A stretch of DNA of 64,000 bases from Eledone cirrhosa. Lineage: Eukaryota. Of the stretch, positions 11,990 through 23,409 are shown in pieces. A program made the position numbers and the translations under genes. Location: the NCBI GenBank assembly GCA_964016885.1, contig OZ024763.1:7874001-7938000 (forward strand). The letters are read 5' to 3'. The notes under the pieces were generated by a model, which was given only the letters and a program-made list of their open reading frames with translations, did not search any database and was not told where the DNA came from. Each line of letters begins with the position of its first letter. Positions within the stretch are counted from its first letter, which is position 1.

Positions 11990-12735
11990 AAGATGTTTAG
12001 AATTAACTGCATGACACTTGCGTGCAAAGTGTGATGTTGCATGGTAGTGAAAGATGGGCTGAGACTGCAGAGGACATATGGTGCTACATGGTAGTGAAAG
12101 ATGGACTGCAGATAACATATGGTGCTACATGATAGTGAAACATGGACTGAGACTGCAGAGGACATGTGGTGCTACATGGTAGTGAAACATGGACTGAGAC
12201 TGCAGAGGACATGTGGTGCTACATGGTAGTGAAAGATGGACTGAGACTGCAGAGGACATGTGGTGCTACATGCTAGTGAAACATGGACTGAGACTGCAGA
12301 GGACATGTGGTGCTACATGGTAGTGACAGATGGACTGAGACTGCAGAGGACATGTGGTGCTACATGGTAGTGACAGATGGACTGAGACTGCAGAGGACAT
12401 GTGGTGCTACATGGTAGTGAAAGATGGACTGAGACTGCAGAGGACATGTGGTGCTACATGCTAGTGAAACATGGACTGAGACTGCAGAGGACATGTGGTG
12501 CTACATGGTAGTGACAGATGGACTGAGACTGCAGAGGACATGTGGTGCTACATGATAGTGAAACATGGACTGAGACTGCAGAGGACATGTGGTGCTACAT
12601 GGTAGTGACAGATGGACTGAGACTGCAGAGGACATGTGTAGAGGGGAGAGAAATGAAACAACCATGTTTTGTTGGATATGTAATGTAAATGTGAGAGACA
12701 GGCAGACCTTGGACAAGCTGAGGGGGAAGCTGGGT
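11990..12735 (+). pseudogene. RTE-clade LINE fragment containing a 47-bp minisatellite (12040-12638, ~13 copies)
   Basis: Left flank translates CVQSVMLHGSERWAETAED; right flank EDMCRGERNETTMFCWICNVNVRDRQTLDKLRGKLG. Unit CATGGTAGTGAAACATGGACTGAGACTGCAGAGGACATGTGGTGCTA. Confidence 0.9.
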
Positions 12736-12739
12736 TTAA

Positions 12740-12966
12740 CCATTTAGCATTTAACCCAGCTGGAACCAGCCAGAATTCTCTCACCTCTTTCTGTGAAAAC
12801 CAGTGGTAACCAGCCACTCATACTGATGTTAAGGTATTGGTATTGTTCTCAAAATAAATAATATTAAAATCTCATAGATTCGATATTATGTGAGATAATT
12901 ATGTGAGGTAAAACCTTTACCATGGAAATATAATAGTAAATAAAGAGTAATGTAAATGGTAAAGGA
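12740..12966 (-). mobile_element. piggyBac-like MITE, copy with a single internal 72-bp unit
   Basis: TTAA on both sides (12736-39 and 12967-70). Degenerate TIRs CCATTTAGCATTTA / TAAATGGTAAAGGA. Reverse-complement homolog of 38531, 50573 and 55473. Confidence 0.82.
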
Positions 12967-13216
12967 TTAAAACAGTCTCTATCAGGCCAGAATTCTGTCA
13001 TCTCTTTCTGTGCAAACTGGCTGTAACCAGCCGCTCATACTGATGGCAAGGTATTGTTCTAATGATTTCAAAGTGAAAACCTTAACCTTACAGCTATGCT
13101 CTGTCCATCAATTTTATTATATAAAAAAATATCAACAAAATAATTTCTATTTGAACAGAACTTAAAAAGATAAGTTCTTGTTTTTGGATATGTCACTATC
13201 TATAAAACAACTTTTG

Positions 13217-13277
13217 TATTTTATCTGATGAGAGTGTACCAAAATTATGGTACCCTTGAAATATATATAATAAAATA
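13217..13277 (+). ncRNA. Minimal type I hammerhead ribozyme (Penelope-like pLTR fragment ~13190-13330)
   Basis: TATTTTAT-CTGATGA-GAGTGTACC(AAAATTAT)GGTACCCTT-GAAA-TATATATA^ATAAAATA. Perfect 8-bp stem I, intact core, predicted cleavage after 13269. Confidence 0.72.
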
Positions 13278-13500
13278 AGTATGGTTTTATAAAGATAGTT
13301 TCCATTTATTAATATTATTGATATTATACTCCAGAAGAATACTGTAGAGTGCTTCGAATCTGTTATAAATAAATTTGTTGAATAACCAACAAATTAAATA
13401 ACTCTTTGCTTATATATATATACGTATATATACACACACATTAAGTATTGAGTACTCTGGTGCGTTATGGTCCATCTGGTTCCTTACCACAACTCCTCCG

Positions 13501-13581
<81 letters not shown>

Positions 13582-13651
13582 CATTAAGATGATATATATA
13601 TACATAAAGATGATATTTATATATATACATATATATATATACACATTAAGA

Positions 13652-13703
<52 letters not shown>

Positions 13704-14242
13704 CCAAGTAAAATTACTGAGATTAGATCTAGAATTAAGAATTAAGGAACATTATATAAAATTCTACAATATTTTCAAAGATATTTAATGTGCCAAGAAA
13801 TAAAATATCATAAATACTGTGCAAAATTATTCAGTTAATATAAATTTATATAACTATTAAAGAAAATAAATATACATTCTATTTCACAGATAGGAAAGAA
13901 ATAATACAAGATATCGTTTTGTAAAGAGACTACAAGCTATAAATATATGGAAGGTCGTAAAAAAATGGTTGACCTTAATTTTTTTAAGAGAAATTATAGC
14001 TTTAGATTAAGTATTGTATGTGTGTATGTATATATATATGTGTGTATGTGTGTGTGAATATGTATATGTGTGTGTATGAGTGTCTGTGGGTATATATGTG
14101 TGAATATGTATGCAGAGAAAAGTGGACGTAAAATGATGATAATGATTTAAATGAAAAAACAATTTTGCCTCTATGTGTGTGTATATATATATATGTATAC
14201 ATATATATGTGTGTGTGGGTTCTCTATATATGAACACGCACG

Positions 14243-14274
<32 letters not shown>

Positions 14275-16119
14275 GTATCAGCAGAAAATGCATAGAGTTA
14301 CATAAGATAAACTGCTGCATTTTCACCTCATCAGCCACCTTACTGGCATGCAGTTTCACGCATCAATGTGGTACTGCAGATATAATGCTAATGTTCACAA
14401 CAGGTTAGAGGACCCCACTGTTGGTGAGGGGCCAGATGATAATAATGTATAGAATGAAAAGGAAAATGTCTGGCTTTGTTTTAATAATGGTTTCTTGATT
14501 AAGGCACAAGGCCAGCAATTTGAGGGAGGAGAAAATTGATTAAATTGACCCCAGTGCAGCACTGGTACTTTATTTTATCGACCCCATACAGTGCATGTAT
14601 AATATCTATATATCTAGAGAATGTATATATAATATATATAGAATGTATATATAGAGTATCTATAATATATATAGAATGTATATATAGTGTATATATAATA
14701 TATATATAGTATGTATAGAATGTATATATAGTGTATATATATAATATATATAGAGTGTATATATAATATATTTATAGTGTATATATAATATATATATAAT
14801 ATATTTATAGTGTATATATAGTATATATAGAATGTATATACAGTGTATATATAATATATATAGAATGTATAGATAGTGTATATATGAGTTGTGACCTAAC
14901 AACTAATCCATGTGCCTTCAGCAACAACAACAACAACAATTGTCCACTGTCTTATTGATTCTAGCAGCCATTTTATTTCCAACAGAAAGAAGACAGCGTT
15001 AATTAAATCCCCAACACCACCATTACCACAATCACCACCACCACCCTATCCAATACACCACCACTACCACCAACACCAACACCACCACCACCCCATCCAA
15101 TACACCACCACTACCACCAACACCAACACCACCACCACCACCCCATCCAATACACCACCACCACCACTGCCACCAACACCACCAGCACCACCACCACCAC
15201 CCCATCCAATACACCACCACCACCACCACCACCACCACCCCATCCAATACACCAACACCACCACCAACAACCCATCCAATACACCACCACCACCACTACA
15301 CTATTCACAGAAGGAGGTGGAGAGATGTGAAATATTTTCACTTGCTGGAAGTTAGTGTCCATCGATAGAACTTACCTTTGATGTGATTATTGGGGAGGGT
15401 GGGAGGTGAGGGTGGGAGGGAAAGAGAGAGAGTGGGAGGGAAAGAGAGATAGAGGAAGAGAGAGAGCGAGAGAGAGAGGGGGGATACGAGAACAAAAGAA
15501 AGCTAATGAAAAAAAAAGATTCAATATGTAGAGAAGGCAATATAATGACCTCCACAACATCACCCCCACCCCACCAACCACCACCACCTGACCACCACCT
15601 AGCCACCCCACCCCACCCAGCTACCAATCACACCCACCACCACCACCTCACACTCACTCCCACCCCCACCACCACCACCACACCACCACCACTACTACTA
15701 CCCCACGCCACAGTCACCACAACCCCACACCACCACTACCATCCCACCCCACAGTCACCACCACCACCACCACCACCTCACACTCACTCCCACCCCCACC
15801 CACACCACCACCACCACCCTCCAATATACAACCAAGTTATTTTATTGAAATGTTCTCATTCAACTGATGTGACTTGTAAGGTGTTTGGCTGTGGAGTTAT
15901 GGCTAAGGTAGGAATGTCTTGAATATGGTGGGGGGGGGCTATTAGTTTGGTGAGGATAGATGGTGGTGTGTATTGGATGGGGTGGTGTGTATTGGATGGG
16001 GTGGGGTGGGGAGGAATTAGAGACTTTCACAGTATTATTATTGTTGGAGAGGAAAAGTTTTGGGGCAGAGAAATCTTCTTTGTTGTTGATAGATATAAGA
16101 CAAGGAGAGAGGGTGGGAG

Positions 16120-16555
16120 GAGAAGGAGGAGAAGAAGAAGAAGAAGAAGAAGAAGAAGAAGAAGAAGAAGAAGAAGAAAAGAAGAAGAAGAAGAAAAGAA
16201 GGAAAGAAGAAAAGAAGAAAAGAAGAAGAAGAAAAGAAGAAAAGAAGAAGAAAAGGAGAAGAAGAAGAAGAAGAAGAAGAAGAAGAAGAAGAAAAGAAGA
16301 AGAAAAGAAGAAGAAGAAAAGAAGAAGAAAAGAAGAAGAAAAGAAGAAGAAGAAGGAAAGAAAAGAAGAAGAAGAAGAAGAAGAAGAAGAAGAAGAAGAA
16401 GGAAAGAAAAGAAGAAGAAGGAAAGAAAAGAAGAAGAAGAAGAAAAGAAAAGAAGAAAAGAAGAAGAAAAGAAGAAGAAAAGAAGAAGAAAAGAATTAGG
16501 TGAAAAAGAAGAAGAAAGAAAAGAAAAAAGACAGCAACAACAACAACAACAATAA
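16120..16555. repeat. (GAA)n polypurine tract
   Basis: Direct reading. Confidence 0.96.
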
Positions 16556-16870
16556 AAAATATTGGTGCAGTTTTTTTTGTTTTCTTTGTGCGGTGTTAGA
16601 CAATATAGGAGAGAATATTATTTCATAGTCAAGTATGGCTGTTTTGTTCACATACAGCTACGGCCTGTTTGATGTTAAATAACTCTTTAGTTATTGGTGG
16701 CAACGAGGTTAATGGCTGGCAGGTCTCTAACACCAACCAGATGGAATTATTCAAAAGATGGTGCTTAGTAAAATCACTGATCCTCTTTGTTAATATATCG
16801 AGAATACATTTATTGAAGAATTTTGACAACTAGACATTTCTTATCGATACACTGACGTGTTGTATGAGTT

Positions 16871-17066
16871 GTGGTGGATTGGCAGTATCGGTAGAGGGTC
16901 GGATGACATGCTTTGCAGCATAGAGTTACGGCCCTTTACGTTCTGAGTTCAAATCCTGCCGAGGTTAACTTTGCCTTTCGTCCTTACGGGGGTCGATAAA
17001 ATAAAAGTACCAGTAATACACTGGGGTAATTGCTGGCCTTGTGCCTAAAGTAGAAACAATTATTAT
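16871..17066 (+). mobile_element. SINE family 1, near full length
   Basis: Head GTGGATTGGCAGTATCGGTAGAG, B-box GAGTTCAAATCC, core and (ATT)n tail. Confidence 0.9.
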
Positions 17067-17174
17067 AAACACGCAAACACAGACAAACTTACAAAAATAA
17101 GTCACTCGAATTTCTATATAAATTGTACACAGAGTGTAGTTTGTCACATATACACACACATATATATATATATA

Positions 17175-17206
<32 letters not shown>

Positions 17207-18183
17207 AATATATATATATCCATATACACATATATATACATACATATATAGATACACACACACATATATTTATACATATTCACACGCATATATATATATA
17301 TACATACACACATATATATATATATACATACACACATATATATACATATACACACATATATATACATATACACACATATATATACATATACACACATATA
17401 TACATACACAACATATATACATACACAACATATATACATATGTATATATGCATGTGTATATATATATATATAATATGTATGTGTGTATATATATATATAT
17501 ATATACATACATACATATATATTATATATATACATATATATATATATATACCAATACTGCCTCAGTCTCTAGACTCGCTACCTCTCCCTTCCCCACTCTC
17601 TCTCCCTGTATATACACTTCTAAGAAACACAGACTCTTCACCAGATCTTAAACTTTATCTCTAATGACCAAGTGTCTGTTATCTCCACAAAAGGTCACCA
17701 CTCTATAATATTTTACAGCTCAACACACTAAAATGGCAGTAACTATTAGTAATATTGCCCTCCAGTCAATCAGGTGAAAATCAACACATTTTCAATGCCT
17801 CAACAGCTGATCTTTCTAATTATTTCCAGATTTATTCAAACTTGAACATTTTTATTTGAATAGGAATAACGCTTCTTTCTTCTTCTTTGCCTTCTTCTTC
17901 TTCGTCTTTTGTTTTGCCTTCTTTTTCTTCTTCTATGACTTCTTCTTCTTTGTCTTCTGCCTTCTTCTCCTCCTCCCCTTCCTCATTGTTTGTGTTACTA
18001 TTGTTGTTGCTATAGTTCACATTGATTATATATGTATATATATAATCAATGTGAACTATATATATATATTTATATAGAGAGAGAGAGAGTGAGGGGGAGG
18101 GAGAGAGAGAGAAAGAGAGAGTGTGTGTGTGTCCGATAAGAATAGGTACATGTTGCAAGAAGGAGCTAAAACCTTCGGTGTTG

Positions 18184-18230
<47 letters not shown>

Positions 18231-18622
18231 TAGAGCGGCCCTTATTTTTCAACTCTCAACTATAAGTCTAGCTCCCACCCCCCTATCTTGTTCCAATTAA
18301 CAAAATCCCAATCTATACAAAAGTTTAGCTCAAGTGGACAACTGCCAGGCGACCCTCATCAACTGTGAAAGTTTGAAGTTTTCACCCAGAAAGTCATTTT
18401 TCCAGATAACTTTTTTTATCTCTTTTATAATTTTCTCTTAAATTAAAAACTTGTTCAGACTTCTTCTTGGTATTAGAAGGACAAGTGACAATAAATATAA
18501 TGGGGAAGGTAACTTGCAAAGCTGGGGACAGAGCACAGGTTTAGGGCAAACACCTATTTTTCGCTGTGGGAGCAGCAACATTTTAACTTTCGGAAAATGA
18601 CCTATTGCTAAGGGTCACCCTA
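18231..18622. mobile_element. Non-autonomous hAT-superfamily (hATm-like) element, 392 bp
   Basis: TIRs TAGAGCGGCCCTTA / TAAGGGTCACCCTA (11/14 match). Flanking 8-mers ATATACAT / GTATACAT (7/8) fit an 8-bp TSD. Confidence 0.75.
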
Positions 18623-18677
18623 GTATACATATATCTGTATGTGGTTGACAGCTGAGAGAAATGATACTCGGTATTGA

Positions 18678-18726
<49 letters not shown>

Positions 18727-18817
18727 TCTCCTTACTATCTTTGCTTTCATATTTCTCCTTGCTCTCCTTTTCTCATTGTATTTGTATATAAACAAGTACA
18801 TAGGTACAAAGAGAAAG

Positions 18818-19582
18818 GGAGAGCAAGGAGAGTAAGGAGAGCAATGAGAAAGGGAGAGCAAGGAGAGTAAGGAGAGCAATGAGAAAAGGAGAACAAGGAG
18901 AGCAAAGAGAAAAGGAGAGCAAGGAGAGCAATGAGAAAAGGAGAGCAAGGAGAGCAAAGAGAAAAGGAGAGCAAGGAGAGCAATGAGAAAAGGAGAGCAA
19001 GGAGAGCAATGAGAAAAGGAGAGCTAGGAGAGCAATGAGAAAAGGAGAGCAAGGAGAGCAAAGAGAAAAGGAGAGCAAGGAGAGCAATGAGAAAAGGAGA
19101 GCAAGGAGAGCAATGAGAAAAGGAGAGCTAGGAGAGCAATGAGAAAAGGAGAGCAAGGAGAGCAATGAGAAATGGATAGCAAGGAGAGCAATGAGAAAAG
19201 GAGAGCAAGTAGAGCAATGAGAAAAGGAGAGCTAGGAGAGCAATGAGAAAAGGAGAGCTAGGAGAGCAATGAGAAAAGGAGAGCAAGGAGAGCAATGAGA
19301 AAAGGAGAGCAAGGAGAGCAAGGAGAAAAGGAGAGCAAGGAGAGCAATGAGAAAAGGAGAGCAAGGAGAGCAATGAGAAAAGGAGAGCTAGGAGAGCAAT
19401 GAGAAAAGGAGAGCAAGGAGAGCAATGAGAAATGGATAGCAAGGAGAGCAGGGAGAAAAGGAGAGCAAAGAGAAAAGGAGAGCAAGGACAAAAGGAGAGC
19501 AAGGAGAGCAATGAGAAAGGGAGAGCAAAGAGAGCAATGAGCAAAAGAAAGTAAGGAGAGCAATGAGAAAAGGAGAGCAAGG
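18818..19582. repeat. ~26-bp purine-rich minisatellite; shorter homolog at 58360-58520
   Basis: Unit GGAGAGCAATGAGAAAAGGAGAGCAA. Confidence 0.95.
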
Positions 19583-19609
19583 AGAAACGGAGAACAAGGA
19601 GAGGTTAAT

Positions 19610-20015
19610 GCAATTATTGCTCAAGTTATGCTGGAAGCAGACAAAGGTGACAAAATCAACTGAAGAGGTAGATTCTGCACCAAAATGACTTTTCTTTCTT
19701 TATAAACATCGAGTTTTCGTCTTTTGTAACTCCTGGTACAAAAACGAGATTTTGACGAAATTTTCTATCAGCACCGATTTCCTCAACAAAGACCCTTCAA
19801 CATGGAAGGATGATCCTGGTTACAAAAGTGGACTTGGAAAACTTGAGAAGACAGTTGTTGTGAATGATGTTGCAGGAAGAGGTGTCAAACTCACTCAGGA
19901 TTACAATAACATTCTCACAAAAGATGAAACTGAGAAACAATTTGTTTTACAGATCATTACCGAAAACCGTAAAACCTACCCAACTGCCACTAAATCCTCT
20001 TTTATGCAAAAATAA
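19610..20015 (+). pseudogene. DNA transposase C-terminal fragment (hATm-like), disrupted upstream
   Basis: FLNKDPSTWKDDPGYKSGLGKLEKTVVVNDVAGRGVKLTQDYNNILTKDETEKQFVLQIITENRKTYP resembles the VVNDxAERGV..Y..ILTKDE..KQ..LQ C-terminus of this transposase group. A right TIR follows (..TAAGGACCACCCTA ending 20446). Family assignment is from memory. Confidence 0.8.
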
Positions 20016-20511
20016 TGTTCAATATCCAGTGTTCACATTATGTTTTTGATTCTATAGAAATTATTGTTGTAAATAAAAATGCATTTCTCTTATAGAAGTT
20101 GTGTGCTTTATTAAGAAAACCTAATATTTCTTAAGTTTTTCATGTTATTTCAGGAATTTTTCAAATTAATTATTGGTAAATTTGATTCAGAACGTTTTTA
20201 AACATTTGCTGGGGTTGAATGTGTCCACATAAATTTCTCTAAGAAAAAAGAAGATTGTTGAGATAGGGAACACTACACTGCTTTTGAACAGATTAATCGT
20301 TGTGTATACTATGTTCCAACTTCAAGGTGTTTGAGGGTCACCTAACAGTTGTCAGATTGAGCTGAAATTTGGCACACCCCATTGTTTTGTTGATTGGAAC
20401 AGGATTAGGAGGTGGGAGCAGCAAATTATTGTTAAGGACCACCCTAATATATATATATTATATATATATATATATTATTATTATTATGTAATAAACAACA
20501 TAAGGCAATTA

Positions 20512-20571
20512 TTCCATTTACCAGTGGTTTCTTAAAAGCAAAAGGTTTTGCTTTCAATCCTCAGAATGAAA
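20512..20571 (-). ncRNA. Mirror-image hammerhead ribozyme on the opposite palindrome arm
   Basis: Reverse complement of 20618-20677. Confidence 0.75.
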
Positions 20572-20617
20572 AATCCTGGTTTGTTTATTGAATATATTCA
20601 ATAAACAAACCAGGATT

Positions 20618-20677
20618 TTTCATTCTGAGGATTGAAAGCAAAACCTTTTGCTTTTAAGAAACCACTGGTAAATGGAA
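20618..20677 (+). ncRNA. Type I hammerhead ribozyme, intact core
   Basis: TTTCATT-CTGAGGA-TTGAAAGCAAAA(CC)TTTTGCTTTTAA-GAAAC-CACTG-GTA^AATGGAA. Stems I, II and III all pair; GUA triplet at 20668-20670. Confidence 0.75.
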
Positions 20678-20789
20678 TAATTGCCTTATGTTGTTTATTA
20701 CATAATAATAATAATTAAGCTCTGTTGCTTACATAGAGCACTCTTTTTTCCTGGACTTTTCCGATGGAATTACTTCATTCATACATATT

Positions 20790-20834
<45 letters not shown>

Positions 20835-20934
20835 GAAATAATTGCCTTATGTTGTTTATTACATAACTATTAAGCTCTGCAACCTACATAGAGCACTCTT
20901 TTTTCCTGGACCTTTCCGACGGAATTACTTCATT

Positions 20935-21042
<108 letters not shown>

Positions 21043-21214
21043 TAGAGAGAGAGACCAGAGATTAAAGGTGTATTAACATATATATATATGATATATGTAC
21101 ATATATACACACACATATATATATATATTAAAATAACATTAAAATTTAAGCTAAAAATCGTTGCTTTCACCCTTAACGGGATCTTCGGATTTTATTCTTC
21201 ACATTTATTATTAT

Positions 21215-21256
<42 letters not shown>

Positions 21257-21399
21257 CAAGGGTTAAGATATAATTATTTGCATGTAGCAAGCTATATAGA
21301 AGAAAATATGATTACCAGTTTTATACAAAGTTGAATGTGTTTATTAGTTAAAGGTGGAAGATTTGAGAGAATTGTTCAGGTATAGAAAGTTAGACGTAA

Positions 21400-21730
21400 A
21401 CAAAGCTTATCCAATAATAGGAAATCTTTAAAATAATGTTGGCATTACTACCGATTTATACAGTGAGGTAAAATTCAAGATGGAATAAAATTGTACACAA
21501 AGTCATACAAATTGTTATCGAGGAGCTACACACAATTCCTAAACACTTTATGTCTTTTATCAAAACCTTGGGATTCCTGATTTCATAGGCAGTGCTCAAA
21601 TTTCTACCATCACTACCAGAATTCGATGTGATATATTGAGCCTCAGATCAGGGGCTGATCTGAGGCCAATTAAAAGCTTCCTCTAGTAACAAATTGTGAG
21701 AGAAACCTTATAAATAATTATTATTATCAT
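21400..21730 (+). pseudogene. Decayed 3' end of a restriction-like-endonuclease LINE (R4/Dong-like)
   Basis: Broken-frame translation TDLYSEVK..KVIQIVI..TIPKHFMSFIKTLGIPDFIGSAQISTI..DILSL, followed by a stem-loop and an AT-rich tail. Confidence 0.55.
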
Positions 21731-21736
21731 TAAAAC

Positions 21737-21882
21737 ATAGTTACGTCCCTTTACGATCTGAGTTCAAATCCCGCCGAGGTTGACTTTGCCTTTCATCCTT
21801 ACGGGGTCGATAAAATAAAGTACCAGTAATGCACTGGGTAGTTGCTGGCCTTGTGCCTAAAGTAGAAACAATTATTATCATT
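21737..21882 (+). mobile_element. SINE family 1, 5'-truncated
   Basis: B-box, core and tail present. Confidence 0.88.
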
Positions 21883-21959
21883 AAAACAATGTTGTCTCTG
21901 ATCGAGACGAAGCAAGAGTGTATTTGAATATATATAAAAATGAGAGAACTCATCGTTAA

Positions 21960-22075
21960 AACAGCTAAATGCTGTCAAAGAGATCACAGCACCGATACTA
22001 TGGACATGTGGGAGAACGTCTCAAGAAAGAATCACTAGACAGATTTGTAGCTCGGAGATCAGAGTCACTCCAGGC
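21960..22075 (+). mobile_element. RTE-like LINE fragment (GAA-tailed family)
   Basis: Translates RSQHRYYGHVGRTSQERITRQICSSEIR; homologous to the 123-bp repeat at 54831. Confidence 0.75.
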
Positions 22076-23409
22076 ATTTGTCCTTCATTGAAAAATTAAA
22101 TAAGAAAGAGAAGAAATAGAAAACATTATTTTCATGTGTATGGGTGTCTAAATACACACACACACACACATACATATATATATATATTTGTTTTGCGAGG
22201 TTTTTGATATGAAATCGTGTGTCGAAACAAATATTGTTATACTTGGGGAGGGTCATATTGTTGTAATAATATTGCCAGAAATAATAACAGAACACACTCA
22301 CTGTTTGGTTGGTTTTCGCTTCTGTATCTTTTATATCTCCATAGTTAATTCATTTGGTTCTCAATGTTTATCATTGACTGACCAACGGTCAAAAATACAG
22401 ATATAAATATAGATATAAACATATATATATAGTCTAACATATATATATATGTTTCACTATACAAATATATATATATTTAGTTTCTGAATTTGTTTAGCAA
22501 GATTCTTTATCTGAAAACGTGTGTTGAAACCGATATTGTTATACTTGGGGAGGGTCATGTTGCCAATAAGCAATGTTTAGACAAATCACAGAGGCAATAA
22601 ACATAAATGAATTACAACCAAAATTAAATAGAAAACATGAGTGGAACAGCAACATCACAACTTACAATTAAGAACAAAATGAAAACACACACGCACATAG
22701 AACAAACAACCAACCAGTAACATGTAAATAAACAAATAAATAAACAAATATAAACACACACAGACACCCGGATGTAACACATGCGCAAACTAAGCACACA
22801 ACACACGCACAAAAACAAGATGGCGTAGTACAGAACAAAGAAGAGGCACAAAAACAAAGAAAAGAATCCCCAGTCACTGAAGAGGTCTCAGAATGTGTGA
22901 CGAAAGAACTTTGACAATATATAAACAACCATCTGGTTGTGGAACCAACCAACCAACCGGAAATTTATAAATTCCTAAATTTATAAATTTATTATAATAA
23001 ATTGAAGTGAAAGCAACTGGTGCGTGTGTTTCTTATTGGCAACATGACCCTCCCAAAGTATAACAATATATATATATATATAACAAAAACAGCAACAACA
23101 ATAACAACAACTGTAACTGTATCTTATTCACTTTAGTGTTGTTTATATCATCTTGTCATTTTAAAGAAACTGGATTGTCTCAGCCCCCCCCCCCCCCCCC
23201 CTCTCTCTCTCTCTCTCTCTGTGTACCACATCTTTCACTCTTTCTCTCTCTCTCTCTCTCTCTCACTCCCTCTCTCACACCTACCACTGTTTCCCCCTCT
23301 CCCACCATACCCCAGTCTCCTCCCTCTCCCTCTCCATTGTTCACAATACAATTTACATTGACACAAAACAACAATCTGTCTCAATTCAGAACAATGCAAC
23401 AATTGATGC

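Larger units (their letters stand above)
20474..20715. repeat. Perfect 242-bp palindrome with no spacer
   Basis: Centre ..TTATTGAATA|TATTCAATAA.. at 20594/20595. No arm mismatch seen by eye. Confidence 0.95.

Noticed and set aside
16610-16835. Open frames of ~66-75 codons on both strands in a unique island
   Set aside because: There is no recognisable similarity and no convincing flanking splice sites, and the length is within chance expectation.
19752-20015. Functional transposase gene
   Set aside because: Only the C-terminal ~90 aa are open. Upstream sequence has a stop, frameshifts and a minisatellite, so it is listed as a pseudogene.
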